A DNA stretch of 64,000 nucleotides from Antedon mediterranea (taxonomy: Eukaryota; Animalia; Echinodermata), in the NCBI RefSeq assembly GCF_964355755.1, contig NC_092670.1, positions 21,748,795-21,812,794 of the forward strand, written 5' to 3'. Made by a program: the position numbers and the translations under genes. Positions within the stretch are counted from its first letter, which is position 1. Every line of letters begins with the position of its first letter. The notes beneath the pieces are model-generated. The model made no database searches. It was given only the letters and a program-made list of their open reading frames with translations, and was not told the DNA's origin. This document shows, in pieces, positions 35,901 through 50,580 of the stretch.

Positions 35901-38900
35901 CATAGCAATCACTCCAGAATGAAACTTCATCTCAACAAATGTTTCTATTTATAAAGTTTGATCAGATGAAATGTCAGGCACGCTCTAATAAGGTTTACGA
36001 CTTAAATCGGTTTGCAAATCTATTTATGATAAGTTATGCCAACGATGTTACCATGGCAATGACACAGTTACAACATCTGGAACTGATTAATTAAAGATAT
36101 TTGCAAATAAGTTTATTTTCAAACATTTTAACACTAGCAAATAGTATTTCCTGTAAACAGAGTGTGGCATTATCTTTGTAACACACTCTGTTTAAAATCA
36201 AAGGAACTTCTAATATAAGAAGATTTGGTTTCTAATAGAAATTGTTATTTTTAGTTAATAAGTTATTAGTTAGTTCTTTGTGCATTTTCATAATAGAGTT
36301 TAAATTCTTTTTGAGAAAGATTACCTTTTGCTTAAAGCAAATCTATTTTCAAAATACCGCTGGTGGAACAAGGGAATAAACTTTTGAATTAAAGTGTTAA
36401 TTTGAAAACAATTTCGGCGAAATTGTTGAAGCAGAAAATTGCTTGTCGATTAGGTACAGATGTCACTAAAGGTTGTTTCCAATGACCAGAAAAAAAAGTC
36501 AAAAGGGATTATTTAAGAGGGCAATGACAAATTTACAAGTACATTTATCTCTTTTGCATCTGTTCTTTATTATCTTCGTTGTCAGAAATACTGAAAAATA
36601 CAAGTTTTTTTTTTATTGCAATTACTGTACTTTATTGGCTGTGTAGCCCTACTGAGCCCTCCTGCATGAATATTTAGTATACTGTAGTAAGACCAAATTT
36701 GATTAGCCTAAAGGAATCGCACAAACAAATTATTATTTGTTGTATAGTTTTATTTACAAATTTGTTAAAGCACTTTACACCAAAAAACATAAGCTGTAGA
36801 CCAAAAAAAAAAAACTCCTGAATTTATTTTATAAGTAAAGTTATAATTCTTGAAAATGAAAGAATTAAGTCTATTACATGCTTCACATAACTAATTACTC
36901 AGTTTATTTTGTTGACTTTTAACAGTAATTTACTTAAATTTCTCTTTACCTATGGATATTATTAAAACTCAAAAGAAGGATTAAAAAGGCTAATTGTTCT
37001 ACTATAATCTACTTATAAGTAAAGTCATTCCGGATACTTCCCTCACATTCTTTACTCTCGTTTTTTTCATTAAGTTGCAAGATTTTTCGCTCAAACAATT
37101 TGTAATTGCTTGTTTGAGTTCAGTGCAATGTGGTAGAAAAGTTTATTGGCCTAAAAATTCAGTGCAGGTGTGTTTGAGTGATAGGTTAATCTACCAATTT
37201 TCCTTTGCACTTTTGGAATAATTAGAAATAAAATGATGTCACTGAGATCATGTTTCTTATTTTCTATTTCAATAGTTTCTTTATCAATTTTGTTAGAACT
37301 ACTGCTGGTTTGGTTATTTTTAGAATCAGTTACAATTGATTTAATAAAACTGTATTTCACATTTGTTCGATTTTTAATATTACTTTAAAAGAAATGTTTC
37401 ACAAGCAAAACATAAAAAAACTAAATTTAAAATTATTAAAAATAATATCTCCAATTTCTTTAATACAATGATTATTAACAGCAAATTCTTTGCTCAAAAT
37501 CAATCCCTTCTATTACTTAGCCTTGAGGAAATGAACAAGAAGCCAGACTTATTGGCTAGAAGAGTGTGTTCTGTAAGCCTGATTGTAGGCCTGACAAACC
37601 CAATTACAATCAGCCTAGGAAGTTCATAAAACAAGGGAAGGAGTAGTCTGAAAATGGCATAAGAATTTCCTTTCATACAGTATAACATATGAATGAAATT
37701 TCTCATAAGTAATTTAAAGAAAATGGTATTTTTGGTACTGTTTACTTTCCTTGTTATAGACTAGACAAAAATGTTATCAATTTCCTTGTAAACATGAACA
37801 TGTTCCCATTGAATGTTCACATTAATATTTAATAACAAAATGATACCGAGCCATAACCAAGTCATTTACAACTTTCACTGGGGAAAAAACAACTACTGTA
37901 CATGTATGTCAGAAACTTTATTCTAAAGAATAAATTAACAAAACAAATGCTGTTTTAATAAACAAAATTTAATTGCATCTTTTCATTTAACAATAAATTT
38001 CACTATAATATAATAGTTATGATTATAATTATTAATTAATTATTTTAATTTAACTTCATGTGACAATAAAAATATTTTTGTTCTATTTCTGTAATACCTG
38101 GTGGGAATATACATTTATTTTGAGAGAAAACTAATTGTTTTGATAAGATTTTTCTCAAGATTGTTGATATCTCTGTTGATCAACTTTCAATAGAACTCCT
38201 GCTAATGGGAACCTTGTTTCTAACCTTTGACATTTACTGTACCAAAATCTAAATGTCAACGTTTTTTTTAAATTTGTCAATTGTTTGATGACACTTGCAT
38301 CATATAATGATCAGTTTCTGTTGTCCATCATTTATTCATACCTTTCTGTAAATTCTTTCACTTCGTCAACTAAGAAGACTTTGTAACAGCCGCAAAGTGT
38401 TGTCTAATGACATTGTTTCCTGGAAAGGATTCTTCCGTCACTTTGCCATTCTTTCGCTTTATCAAAAAAGTGACATTTCATAAAGTGAATTTTTGATTTT
38501 CTGTCAACTAATTTATATCAGTCTTCTTCCAGTAATTGTCACCTTTTAAAAATGACATTTTTCATAAAGAGTGGTTCTGTAGAATACTGTTGAATTTTTC
38601 ACTTATTCATATGTTAGATTTTCATAAAAATTGATACTTTTATTGTGTTTTTTTATTCCATTAATTAGTGCCACTTTGTTAAAAATGCTGAAATTGTGTA
38701 ACTGTGATTATTTTGTATTGCATTCATACCACATTGTTGGCAGTTTATCAAAGGATGACATATTTTGAGTCACAATATTGGCTGGTCTTCCTATGTCATT
38801 TGCATTCAATTTCCATTCTATTTCGGTCATTTTGTCAGAAATATGGCATGTATGTTTTTGAGTCAGCACGTTGGCTGTGCCACCTGTAGTGTCATTGATT

Positions 38901-41512
38901 GTTCTCTTTGTGGATTGTTTTTACTGTATAAACAATCTTATTGATTCTAGTTTTTAAGTTTGCATAGACAATTATTTATCTATATATTTTTATACGTTTT
39001 TTCATTCAGTTTTTATTCTACAAATTTCCGTTTTACTTTTGGTTTTAAAGATTTTTTTCTTAGGATTTACTGAGGCTAAAATTGAACAAAAAATATTTGT
39101 TGGAATAAATGTAAATCTTATGAAGATGTTATTTACTGTACAACAAAAGAAAAAGATCCCCCCCCCCCCCCCCCCCCAAAAAAAAACAAAACCACAAAAA
39201 AAAACCAAATAATATCATATCTGAGTATGGAGGAATTATAAAAAAAATCCTTGATGAAAAATGTAAGTGTTTATATTATTGTAATCTTACTAGGACTTCA
39301 GTTGGTTGGCCGGTGGATTTTTACCTATTGTTCTTTTATTACACTATCTAAGTACTTCCTAACGATAGTATCATCATACGCGACATAATCACTATAATAT
39401 TCTGCCTTAGGCCTCAATCCATTTACCAATTTCCTCTCTACGGATATACCTCTTCCTTAACGTCTTTTATACAGGATCTCAATTGTTATTCTTTGCAATA
39501 AAACTAGACATTGAGCCGTGGACAAACACTTACTTAACACTGTCTCGTTTAGTCACAATACCTCATAAAATATAAATGTTAAACAATGAAGCAATTATGA
39601 CGAACATGTGTTATTACAATGCAATTAAACACGGTATCTTTATACTACTTGTTACTGTAATGTCAATGATTGACTTATCAAGTTCGATACTTTAGTTATT
39701 ATTATTATACTGTAGTACATGATTGATATATAATTTTAAAAGATATTGATATGCAATTTGTTTTACTGACTTATCACCAACATAAAGTCAATTCTTTGCA
39801 AACCACTTGACTGTCCTAAAAGCTTGAATTTCAGAACACATTAGTCATGTGTTGAATAAGAAAAAATTTATTTGGAAAAGGCAAAACCATTTGTAAAATC
39901 ACTGATTTTGAGATAGTTCATATTAATCATATATATTTACATTTTTTTCTTCGATAGATTGCCGGCCTTGCAACGATACAGAGTTGATTCGGGCATTCTG
40001 CTCCAGCGATTTTGGTAAGATTTTAGTTTCCCATACATATTCATCATATCAATCATAAATCTTAACAAATTCCGTCTGGAAAATTCCAGAGTTTATTTTG
40101 CTTCAGATTCATGATATTAAAAAAATAAAAAATGTTGGATATAACAATTTTTAAAAGGCCCTTAAAAAAATAAAAGTGTAGTACAGTACAGCACCACACA
40201 AAAGATTAAATTAACAAAGGACATGCATTTTTCGATTTTGTACACATGAATTTTACTAAAACCGACGCTTGGTGTCACTTTGTAGTCATCCACTCAATAT
40301 TACTGTTAACAATGCCCTTGGCTTTCTAGTTTTGTTGGGGTTGAGTTATGGGGGTGTTTACACTAGATATTGGTACGCTCAATTCCCATGCAATCTAATT
40401 CAATGTTGCATAAATTAGGTCACAACAGCATTGTTTAACTTTTTTGCTAGAGAAAAAAGGTATTTAAATAAATGCTATGGTAGCTTTAGAGCATGTCATA
40501 TACAAAGAAATCCTTGGTTGGTTATTGAATGAGTTTGTTTAGTACGGTAGTGAGCTCACAGTAAAAAATAATTCACAAATATCACATCTTTTGTTAAGAG
40601 TTGTCTGAGAAAGCTACTATTCTAAAAAAAAATATACTGTACAAAAACAAGTTATGAATGAATTTAAAATTATGAAAAGCTTTAAAGAAGAAGGCGAATT
40701 TATTTTGAGTTTAATAATCTTTGCAACTTATGACTCGAGATTTTCTTACTGTACTTTTGGTATAGCATTACTTCAAAATTAATTCTCTTTATTTTAATTG
40801 AAATCCAATGAAACTTTCCCCAAGTTAAATTTTAATACACTGTACGTTAAAAATCTTTACATAATTTGTTAAAATGGTCCAGGACAGTTGATAAGAGTCA
40901 GAAAATGTGATTATTAATGCCCCAATGGGGATGGTGATGACAAACAAAGTTGTCTACCAGGGTTTCAGATTATGTTCAGCTGTCGAAAAATAGAAAGAAT
41001 GCAGAATTCTGTCACCAAATTCAAGTTGAATCATAGTTGCTAGTCAATTAAAACATAAAGTCATTGCATTAGTAGGTTTTGCATAGAATTGATTTGACAT
41101 TCCCATATTTAACCATAGCATTACCAAATATGGGTTGGTTATTGCTATATATGGTAATTTATAACAGATATTTATTCATTTTTTTACAGTTATCAAAAGC
41201 CAAATGCGAGAGGTCGCACACGATAAATTTTCAAAGGAGTCTTTCATTGACTTAGGAGTAAGTCATGTCTTTCGGCAGCGTGATGAAGTGTTCAGACCGG
41301 CGAAACACAGCCGCTACAGCGGTGTTGTCGTCACTCCACTCAAATGCGGAGTAAGACAAGGAGAGGGACATTTCTTAATGACCGGTTCTATTGTACTTGG
41401 AAGAGCACGTCTGGGATGCGCACCAAGATTCTCGCAGTTCAGACGTATCGCAAAAGAAATGACAGAAAGAGGACTAAATGACTGCGACTTATCGGCTATT
41501 ATCATGGGTTAA
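26992..41512 (+). CDS. METRNL: Meteorin / meteorin-like secreted protein, 324 aa, 4 exons
   Basis: Exons 26992-27176, 28532-28941, 39958-40014 and 41190-41512 total 975 nt, GT-AG and in frame. Motifs YSSDECDWKG, LQCTRGRITWRYPSGA, CRPCNDTELIRAFCSSDFV, KCGVRQGEGHFL and RLGCAPRF; 10 cysteines in the mature part. A hydrophobic segment LFYLLIIWTLFVSGNC precedes the mature start. Likely co-ortholog of vertebrate METRN and METRNL. Confidence 0.9.
29960..31560 (-). mobile_element. tRNA-derived SINE with a Deu/Nin-like central domain, interrupted near its tail by the hAT-like element
   Basis: Minus strand shows A-box TGGCCGAGCGG (about 31550), B-box GGTTCGAGGCC (about 31484) and core GTCTTCCCGGATAAGGACTATAAACCGTAGGTCC...TTTAAAGAACCC...TTCGAAAAAGAGTAGGGG, which resembles the DeuSINE domain. 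(AATAA)n-like tail at 29960-29982. Confidence 0.7.
29991..31226. mobile_element. Non-autonomous DNA transposon, copy 2 (1236 bp), 6-bp TSD
   Basis: Same TIRs and orientation as 4526-5755; TSD TCTTTA at 29985-29990 and 31227-31232. Confidence 0.92.
35499..35615. repeat. Nested inverted repeat / tiny hairpin element
   Basis: Outer arms AAAGTTGAAACTACACTTGTA / TACAAGTGTAGTTTCAGCTTT enclose inner arms CATGGAGCTATAAATT / AATTTATAGGTCCATG. Confidence 0.65.
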
Positions 41513-42716
41513 AGATTCACTCACATGGTCATTATTATTAAGATACTGCTATCTTCAGCTATGTATTGGACCACTATGCTATTTACTGCCTAATGTCATC
41601 GTTATGACAAAAATATTTCAGTACTCAAAACTGTTGATCAAATATTTTTTTATTCAAAATTGTGCATTCCAAAATGAAATGTGTTTATACTAAGTGTCTA
41701 TGCACATTGAATGTTTGTTTTTAAAATGTTCTCTGGTAGTCAAAATATAAAACAAAATGTATAAAAGAATAAATTATCTTACCAAAAAAAGTTTGGAAAG
41801 ATTTTTACAAAGCCATATATTATAATAACTTTTTTATTTACTTTTAAAGAACAATTTATTTATTATTTTTTTATGAGATATTAAAGTAAAAACGTAAATT
41901 CATAAAATATTGTATTAGACAATGTTATTATAATTTACATGCGATCAAAATCATCATATAAAGTCTTCCATTTTTAATTTTGTTATTATTTTATGTGTAA
42001 AATTATTCTATTACAAAATGTAAATGAGTTGTTTTAGCAACTTAACTATTGTAATGTAAGTCAAGTTTTAGATTTAACCCAGCCAAGACTACTATTTTAT
42101 TTGTAAAAATACAGTAAGTTGGCCTGAAATTTGTTTCTAGCGACTACAGTTTCAGTCTTTTTGATGTGTATTACTATATTCAGGTAGTACTGTAGTTACA
42201 AACTCTGGTATATATGATCCATCCTTCAAGCCTTCTGTTTACAGTAATGAGAACAAACGAAATGTTTACTGTTCCAGGGACTTCAGAGAACACTTGTGTT
42301 ACATACAGCCCACCCTTGCTGACACTTCCCATGGGTCACTTGTGCTCGTAAAATTAATTAAATAAAAATGTCCGCATCACAATGATGTTATTGTCATTTA
42401 TTTCGTTCTATTCAATTGTGAATTATCATGTGATCATGTTAAAAAACAATTAGAATTGGAAGTATTTAATTAATTGAAGATTAATTACCATCCACCTTCT
42501 CATTAATAGGTGTCTGTGAATTAATTATTTTATGTTTTATTTGGTAATGATGGATGCTAGCTGTGAACTCAAGGATTTCTTGATAAAAGTCTTTAAAACC
42601 ACAGCTTGATGGACTTAATTATTTCTAAGATTCACATCATACCATCTGTAAACTAATTCCTCCATTCTATAACTTTTGAAAGGACTTATTTCTACTAAAA
42701 TCTGGATGATTTTTAT

Positions 42717-43252
42717 CCTCATTTTGAGAGAATTAAAATATTCACCCTCAGAATATCCATTTGTTTGGTCTATTTCGTGCCTAGCTTACCTAGGATAAAC
42801 CGACAATTTGTTTCTCCAAAGAGAGGATACAATTACGAAAAAGAAGAAATTCCCTTGAGCATCCCTATCGGATAATGGTAGCAACCTATTCAGGGTATGA
42901 GTACTTTTTAGTTTTCAGTAGGAGCAGGTTCCTGGGCAAAAAATGTGTTACTTGCGGTACTCTTCTTGGAAGAACTTGGAAAAACCTCATTTTGACAGAA
43001 TTAAAATATTCACCCTCAGAATATCCATTTGTTTGGTCTATTTCGTGCCTAGCTTACCTAGGATAAACCGACAATTTGTTTCTCCAAAGAGAGGATACAA
43101 TTACGAAAAAGAAGAAATTCCCTTGAGCATCCCTATCGGATAATGGTAGCAACCTATTCAGGGTATGAGTACTTTTTAGTTTTCAGTAGGAGCAGGTTCC
43201 TGGGCAAAAAATGTGTTACTTGCGGTACTCTTCTTGGAAGAACTTGTAAAAA
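42717..43252. repeat. Near-perfect tandem duplication, 268-bp period, two copies
   Basis: Units start at 42717 and 42985 (cctcattttga.agaattaaaatattcaccc); the only differences I see are near the unit edges. Confidence 0.93.
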
Positions 43253-46200
43253 AAACACAACCCGGCTGTTTGAACATAAAGGGTTGATTGATTGAACATA
43301 TTTACTGTTGTGTATTTTATCATACAACTTTTACTGTTTAAAACTTGTGTTATTATTTTAACTGCGTTTTAATTTAAAGTTGATACATAGAAATGCTTGC
43401 AATGTTTGTTTATGTAGTTTATATATTTGTTATAAAGGTCTTTCTCCGATTAAACACAATAGGATCTTTAGCAGTTTTGGTGTCTTAAAAAATCACCAAG
43501 AACCAAATGATCTGAACCATACAGTAAATGTGGCGGTTTTTAATTGAAGAAAGACCAGGCAATTTTAAGTTGTTGTATTCATTCTTTATGTTACTGTAGT
43601 TTACTCAGCACATGTATTCATTTACAATACAAGGATATAATATTTGTTGTTTTCATTTAATAAATGTTAAAGTATATATAACATTTATTTTTAATTTGGT
43701 TTTAAAAGTTGTAACTGGAGAGTACTTTTATATTTTATGCTATGAAAAATAAGGTTTTTGTTTATATGCTACTCTCTTATTTTAAACTAATTTTGTTTGG
43801 TGTTTTTACATATGAACAATAAAAACAACTCAATCTTTTTTTAAATTTTAATTTTAAAACGTTGTATTCATTTAAAAATTGTGTTTTATTATATTAGCTA
43901 CGACTATAACTATTTTTGTTTAGCTGTTAAACAATTATAATTTCCAAATTTTATTTTTCAAATATATACAGTATACAGTACAATCTATAAATATATGATT
44001 TTTCTATGTAGTCATAAAAAAGCACAATCATTGTATTTTACTTCAAAAAACATTTTAATTATTATAAAATTGTGTATAAATGATAAAGGTGAAAAAGTTT
44101 TAATTAAGAGATTTAAAAACAGTTGCCCACCCTGAGATTTTAATATTCATATATGATTTTTATATATGAAATTGACATACATACACATGATGTTATGTTG
44201 TATGTTATAAGTCCATAGATATATTATAGTTCACTATAATATCTGTATGGTTAATCATACTGTACACTTCTTGAATTGAGGTTTGTGGCATATACATGCG
44301 TTATCATGGTAGTAACCTTAACAGTAGAGTATTCAATCTGCTTGTAGGGGAAGTGTAAACAGGTTGCCTTAGTACTATCAACTTCCCTTAAGGCTATCTG
44401 ATAGCAGAAAATGACCTGTTTGCCCATTGCCTCTTCCGCTCTGTTACACCATACATGTGTTACTAAACAAAGAAAAGAAATGCTTCATATTTGTCTATAC
44501 GTAGTTCTTGTCCATTTTTATACGCTATTTTATATAGGATAGTTTTTACAACAGCTGGTGCAAAGAGACTAATATTGTAAGATTATCATGCTATGACTTT
44601 AATTAATATGTAATTAAAAATGTAGTAATAATAATTATTAATTTTATGCTTCACTGACTCCACTAAAACCCCATCCCCTACCATGACATTGGAGGTGCGG
44701 GCACGAGGATTGAAAATATGGTAATTATTATAAATAAATACAGTATGTATACATATTCGTTTATTTCATTGGGCTATTCCCAAGAAGGTACTGTATTTAG
44801 ATATTTTGTAAATTTATTAAAATATATTTTTAATACAGAACTTCACTACTTAATCTAAATCTAAGATAGTACTTTGTTGTTAAAAAGAGTACGGTAGCAG
44901 TGAGATATATATTTCTTAAAAATTTACTTAATTTCAAAGACTGTATTTTGTTATTAATTAATCTCCAAGTGTTAATTGTTCTACTTGAGAATCTCAGTAC
45001 AGCATCTTTCCCACAACGATTTAAGTATTATTTTCGTGAGAATTAAAAATCTTATTGTTTTGTTGAACTGATTAATTTCAGTAATTATCAAATCTCATCT
45101 AGTTCTCACCAGAAAATCAATAATTGACGTCAAAAGTCATTGTGTGTTTTATTATTTGTTATAGGCCTAAGTCTCTTTATTCAAAATACTCCCCTACAAT
45201 ATTTACTTAATTTACTGCAGTATTGTCATAATTTACTGCAGTTTGTATCGTAATATCAACGAAATTTTTAATAATCCGGCCATAGTAAGCATTAAATTCA
45301 ATTAATAATTAATAGGTACTTACTGTACACTCAGGATACTAATAATACAATTGTCTTATACCGACCATTAAATAATCAAGTAGGCCTATATTTGTACTTA
45401 TAAATCATACTGTAATTTTGATTATTTTGCTGTTTTATGGGTTACTTTTGTATTAAGATGTGTTTATTCCATTTTAAGACCAAATTCCGTGATGGGAAAT
45501 TAAAATGATTTTTTTTTTATTTTTATGACTTGAACAAAATGGGATATATTTACTAAGATTACGTTATGGTGTTGTAAAAATTGTATATTATTAATTTTAT
45601 TTTCAAGAGTATTATCTGTAAATGAGCAATAAAAAAACAATAACAAATGAATTTATGTATTGTTTTTCTTGTTTGTCAATGAGCAATTGTTGTCCCATGC
45701 ACAATGATGCTGGACTGGCACAGTTTTGAGACATGGATATGCCCTACAATACAGGTTTCTGAGAAGATGACCATCATGATTAATGTCAGATTTTTCCACA
45801 CATTTAGAGATACAAATAAAAAATAAATTGTTATAGCTAACATTATGTATTCTAACTATTTCATTCTTTAAAATAGAACAAAGTTTTGGCCATTATTAAA
45901 AATCAAAAATTAATGTGTCCATTAATTCATTAACCAATCAGAACACTTTAATTGTAATGTTACCAGAGTTTGGAAGAATCATGAGCTGGGTGGATGGTGC
46001 ATGGCGGTAATGGATGACATCTTACAAAAAACGTAAGCATCTCATTAAATCTATTAAATAATAATGATATTAATAATGCCTTAGTATTTAAGACTATTTC
46101 TATGAAATGGAAGCACTATTGTAACTTCATTTGTTGACGTAAAAAGAAATCAAATTTCCTAGGCTAAGCATCTTCTTAAAAAATGACAGGAATCAGTCTG

Positions 46201-49200
46201 GTAGGAGCAGGAGGGTCCCTTCGTTTTCTTTCACCGTGATACTACAGCTACTACCACGTGGGCTAGGCCTACATGGTACTGGTGATTGGTCATCACATGG
46301 CCAAAATTTCACAGAAATAACTTGTACATTGTCATCATAATTATGCAAAATTAGTTAACTTAAATGCACTGGAGCTACAAAAGTAGCCTAACTACCAATT
46401 ATAGGTAACATACTTAAAGACTTCGATAGTATTAGTAGATGATGGATAACTCACACCATCATGACAAGTAAGTATGATATCTAATGGGTATCTTATTTTG
46501 TAGAAACTGGTAAAAATTGATTGTTTATTTATTTCGCAATTTAATATTAACAACTTCCGAGAGATGTGCTGTAAATGATTAAATTACAAAAAAGGGAATT
46601 TAAGTGGAATTAAGCACTTTCTTGATGATGCGTTAAAAACTGAATTCTTATTTACTTTATCAGACTACGTGTCGTCAGTCAAGGCAAAGGGCTATTTTTG
46701 ACAAAGACAACAAGTAACGTCTACTGATATATGACCTGTTGATTTCTGCATGACTTCATCATTTTACCCCAGATTTAACTCTGTATAGTACAAAATGATT
46801 TTATCAGACCGTACCTTTTATTGACCAAACCATCTTGTAGGCCTAAATAATAACTATCATTCATAGGAGATAAAGAGGGTCGAAACTAAGTATGCAAGGA
46901 GTGCTTAGGGAGGCATGATGTGTCGACCTCACATACATTGTTTATATTGTAACCTTTGACATTCAAGATGGAAGTGGTGGGTTAAGTGAATAAAAGTTTA
47001 CATTACAACAATTCTCTAGAATTAATAGAATTCTCTATATTCAACTCATAAACATTTATTATTTTAATATTAGGCCTATATACTTATGCCATAAATACTG
47101 TACTGTATACCAAATTGCTCGGCCATCACATGACCAATGGATTATTCTTCATAAAAAGAATAAAATATATTGAGTATAACATTTTCCATTTCTGTGTAAT
47201 TTATTTGTGCAAATTACTTTATGTTTTTGATTATTTCTGCTTCATTTATTCCTTTCCATTTTGAGGGTGTACTTTGTTCAAGCATGGAGGAACTAAGTAA
47301 GTGAACTCTTTGCCTCTGGCTTTATCTTTTAGTGTGTTTTCCACAAGACTGAACATCTATTATGGAGTGTCGGTTTGTGTTAGGTTTACGAATTTTATAC
47401 TTAAAGACCCTTAGGTTTTGTCTGAATATAGGCTATTTAATTGTGTAGGTTTTATACAATTACACAAAAAGTCGGTTAAATTTTTTTATTAAATGAATTT
47501 TTATTGCTTTTTCGATTTAAACCCCAACAGATTAGGATTTTTTAATTGTGTTGGTTATACAATAACATAAAGAGGTTAACAATGCAGTTTTTCACTTTAA
47601 AAAAACCTAAACTATTTAAAATATATGCTATTGGTTTATACGAATAAACTAAGTTTGTGTGATGTTTTGAATTCATAATTTTAATAAAGGTTAAAAGTTA
47701 AGGTCAGGTTTAGCTATCACTGATTTAAAGTTCATTTCCTACCCCTTCCCTTAGACAACCACAAAGATCTGATTTCAGTTAGTTTTGCTGTCTTCACTTC
47801 AACAATTTAATTCTCAATAGTAATAATTGAGGTGAATTTTAAATCAATGTACTTTTATAAAATTATAAAATTCTTTATACCTACCTTTCACTTTGCAGTT
47901 AAGTGTATAATAACATTTTTTTATATTTTGTGTGGCATTTAAGCTGCTTTCAAACCATATTCTATCACGTTTATACTCATCACTTTATCAAAATTTGTAA
48001 AAACTTTAATGAAGAAATATCAATTAGAGGTTGGAATGTTTAAAGCTTAATAATCCAACCCCCGGAAGACTTGATTCAATCCTGATGCATGCCTAAATCC
48101 TTTAACAAGTCAGGGTCTTTTTCCCTTGTAATCCACCCCCAAAGAGCCTCATGTTTCCCTAATCCTTTACAAAACTCTACCACCTTGAAAGAGAAGGAAG
48201 ATGCAAAGAATGTTAGTTGGTATAATCCAACACTTTGTATCTGTCGCAAGCTTTAAGAAGGACAAATAGTTTAACACTTAGTTTTATGCTCGTGTGGAGC
48301 TTTGGGCGGACTTTTGTACCGGTTTCAATAGTTTATTATTAACATTTGTCATACTATTATCATTTTTTAGTTCTCGTACTGATTTTGAAGGACTTTTATC
48401 ATTGTTTGATTTTGGTAGAGTTGGTAATAATCCACAGCTTTGTACCTCTCACACACGAGAGAGATCAAAATGTTGACTACTTAACAGTAGTCTTTTATAA
48501 GATTGTGTTTCTACTGATTTTGAAGGACTAAGAATATTGGTCAATCTGGACAGCAAACAGAAAACAAAAAGTGTCTTTATACTTTTCAGGGACTTGCTTA
48601 ATCACACACCTAGCTTTAATTGTTTACTTTCAAGTAACTGATGTAAGCAACCTGGTATTTGGTCCCTGGATTCAAAACAATTGCTGATGGTGTATTTAGA
48701 GATGGGAGAATCTGGGCTTGAAGTTCTAGATTAATCTTTTTGAAAAGTTTTAGGTATAATAAAACTAGTGAAATGTAAGTGTTGTTGTTGTCATCCACTA
48801 TAATAAGTAAGATATAATCATGTCAGGAAGAAGCCCACAGTTCAATTGAAGGCAAGCTGTATGAACCAAAAAAAAAATTATTTGGGCTTTATAGTATGAA
48901 ATTTGTGTGCTGGTTTGGTAGAATTGGCCACAAAACACCAGGAGCTGCACCAATTTATTAGCAATTTTTGGTCAGTCATCTGAAGTTTGAAAGGGCACTT
49001 TAGGGGAAAGAGTGTTCATTCGAAACCCTTAAAGCTACGTGCTTGTGAAGAAAATGTATGTATTTACTACTGTATAATCAACTCAGCTACTTTCAAAGGC
49101 CAGAAGGTGTTTTCACAAGCACATTATTGTAGATATTTAATAGTCTGTAGAGTTTGTAAAGTTTTTTCCAAAGTCCTTGGCTATAGGAAGACAACACAGG

Positions 49201-50394
49201 CTGTGTGACTTACAAATTGAGCTTTACGTCCTATCTCATTAGCATTAAATCTATATATAGTTCAATAATTCAATATTACATTATATACAGTACTTTATAG
49301 ACTTTGTAATTGTTGAGTATGTTGTAGAAGGTAGAGGGGAAAGAAAGATGATGACAGAAAGATCATGCTACAGAAAAGAGAAATTGGAAGGGGAGAGAAC
49401 TAGAGAATGGAGCAAAGAAAAAGAGAGATAGATAAGTTTAAATATTGAAAATATTAAAATTTATGATAATATCTTGAAGGTAGATTAAGTACAGAGTGGA
49501 TGAGTAATAAAATAATTTTATCAATATAACATAAAAAGGGAAATGAACGTACAGCATGAACCCAACCTAGTTCACTCTGATATGTGGTTTAATATTGGAG
49601 GACTTGTCTGCAGAATGGTTAAGAATGCTTGTGTTGCTCCTATTTTAGCTGTATCGTTCCTTTCCGAGAGAGGGCATATGTAAATAGGATCCATGTTATA
49701 AGTTTCGCATTGACTACATGTGTTCTAGAGTTCGGCTTCTAAATGTCTTATTGTGCCGAGATAGTGTGTAATTTACTAAACTAGTAGGCCGCACATTGCT
49801 TGTAAGTTGTTAGAGTATTAAATTACAATAATTAGCCATGGTGAGTTACAAGAATGATGTCATTATAAACTTTTAAATGTTGGAATGGTTGGCAATAGGG
49901 TCCAACCGGTTAATCACCCATCCCGTTTGAAGAAACCTTAAACCTAGAAACGGACAAGGATTGATAATGTAGATAGAGGTACACTTTTTTAAGGCAATAC
50001 ATGCATATATAGGCTACTGTGCTACGATTTGTCTTAATGTTTGTAAAACATTTTGGCATACATGTCATCGCGTCATAATTATACTCGAGCTAAAAAATTA
50101 TTTTTAAATAAATCAAATCGCCCACTGTTGGTGCTACATAGAAGAAACAACAAGAGACATGTGGGTATACAGTATCTGGGAATCTTTTTCAACAAAATAT
50201 GAAAAATAGTCATGTTATAAAAAATAAAATTCTTTTTATTTTTTTTAGGAACAGTAGATGGTAGGGAAAGAAATTGTGGTATGATGTAGGACATGGTTGT
50301 TAACCTTTCATATAAAAGACTTACTAGCTGCCATGAGAAGTTGGTTATTTTTTTAATGACTTCCAATTCTTTCAGAGGTAAAGTTATGGTACAG

Positions 50395-50580
50395 TACTTT
50401 TATAATTGTAACAATTATAATTGACCAATCAGATTTAAGAATGGAAAGTATACATTTTATTGCTATGGTTATAGAACCCATGTGGTAACGCTTGGTTTTT
50501 TTTTTTGTCATGCTTCAATGAATAATGTTCCACTTATTTCCAAAATTGACCAATCAAAACTTAGTTTAAGGGTGACTTTT
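50395..50580. repeat. Dispersed repeat with an inverted copy at 56560-56716
   Basis: Shared gaccaatc...attgc.atggttatagaacccatgtggtaa...tgaccaatca.aacttagtttaa in opposite orientation. Confidence 0.7.

Noticed and set aside
48077-48184. Exon-like minus-strand segment (good acceptor, VVEFCKGLGKHEALWGW... then stop)
   Set aside because: Only 35 codons, no partner exons and no recognisable family.
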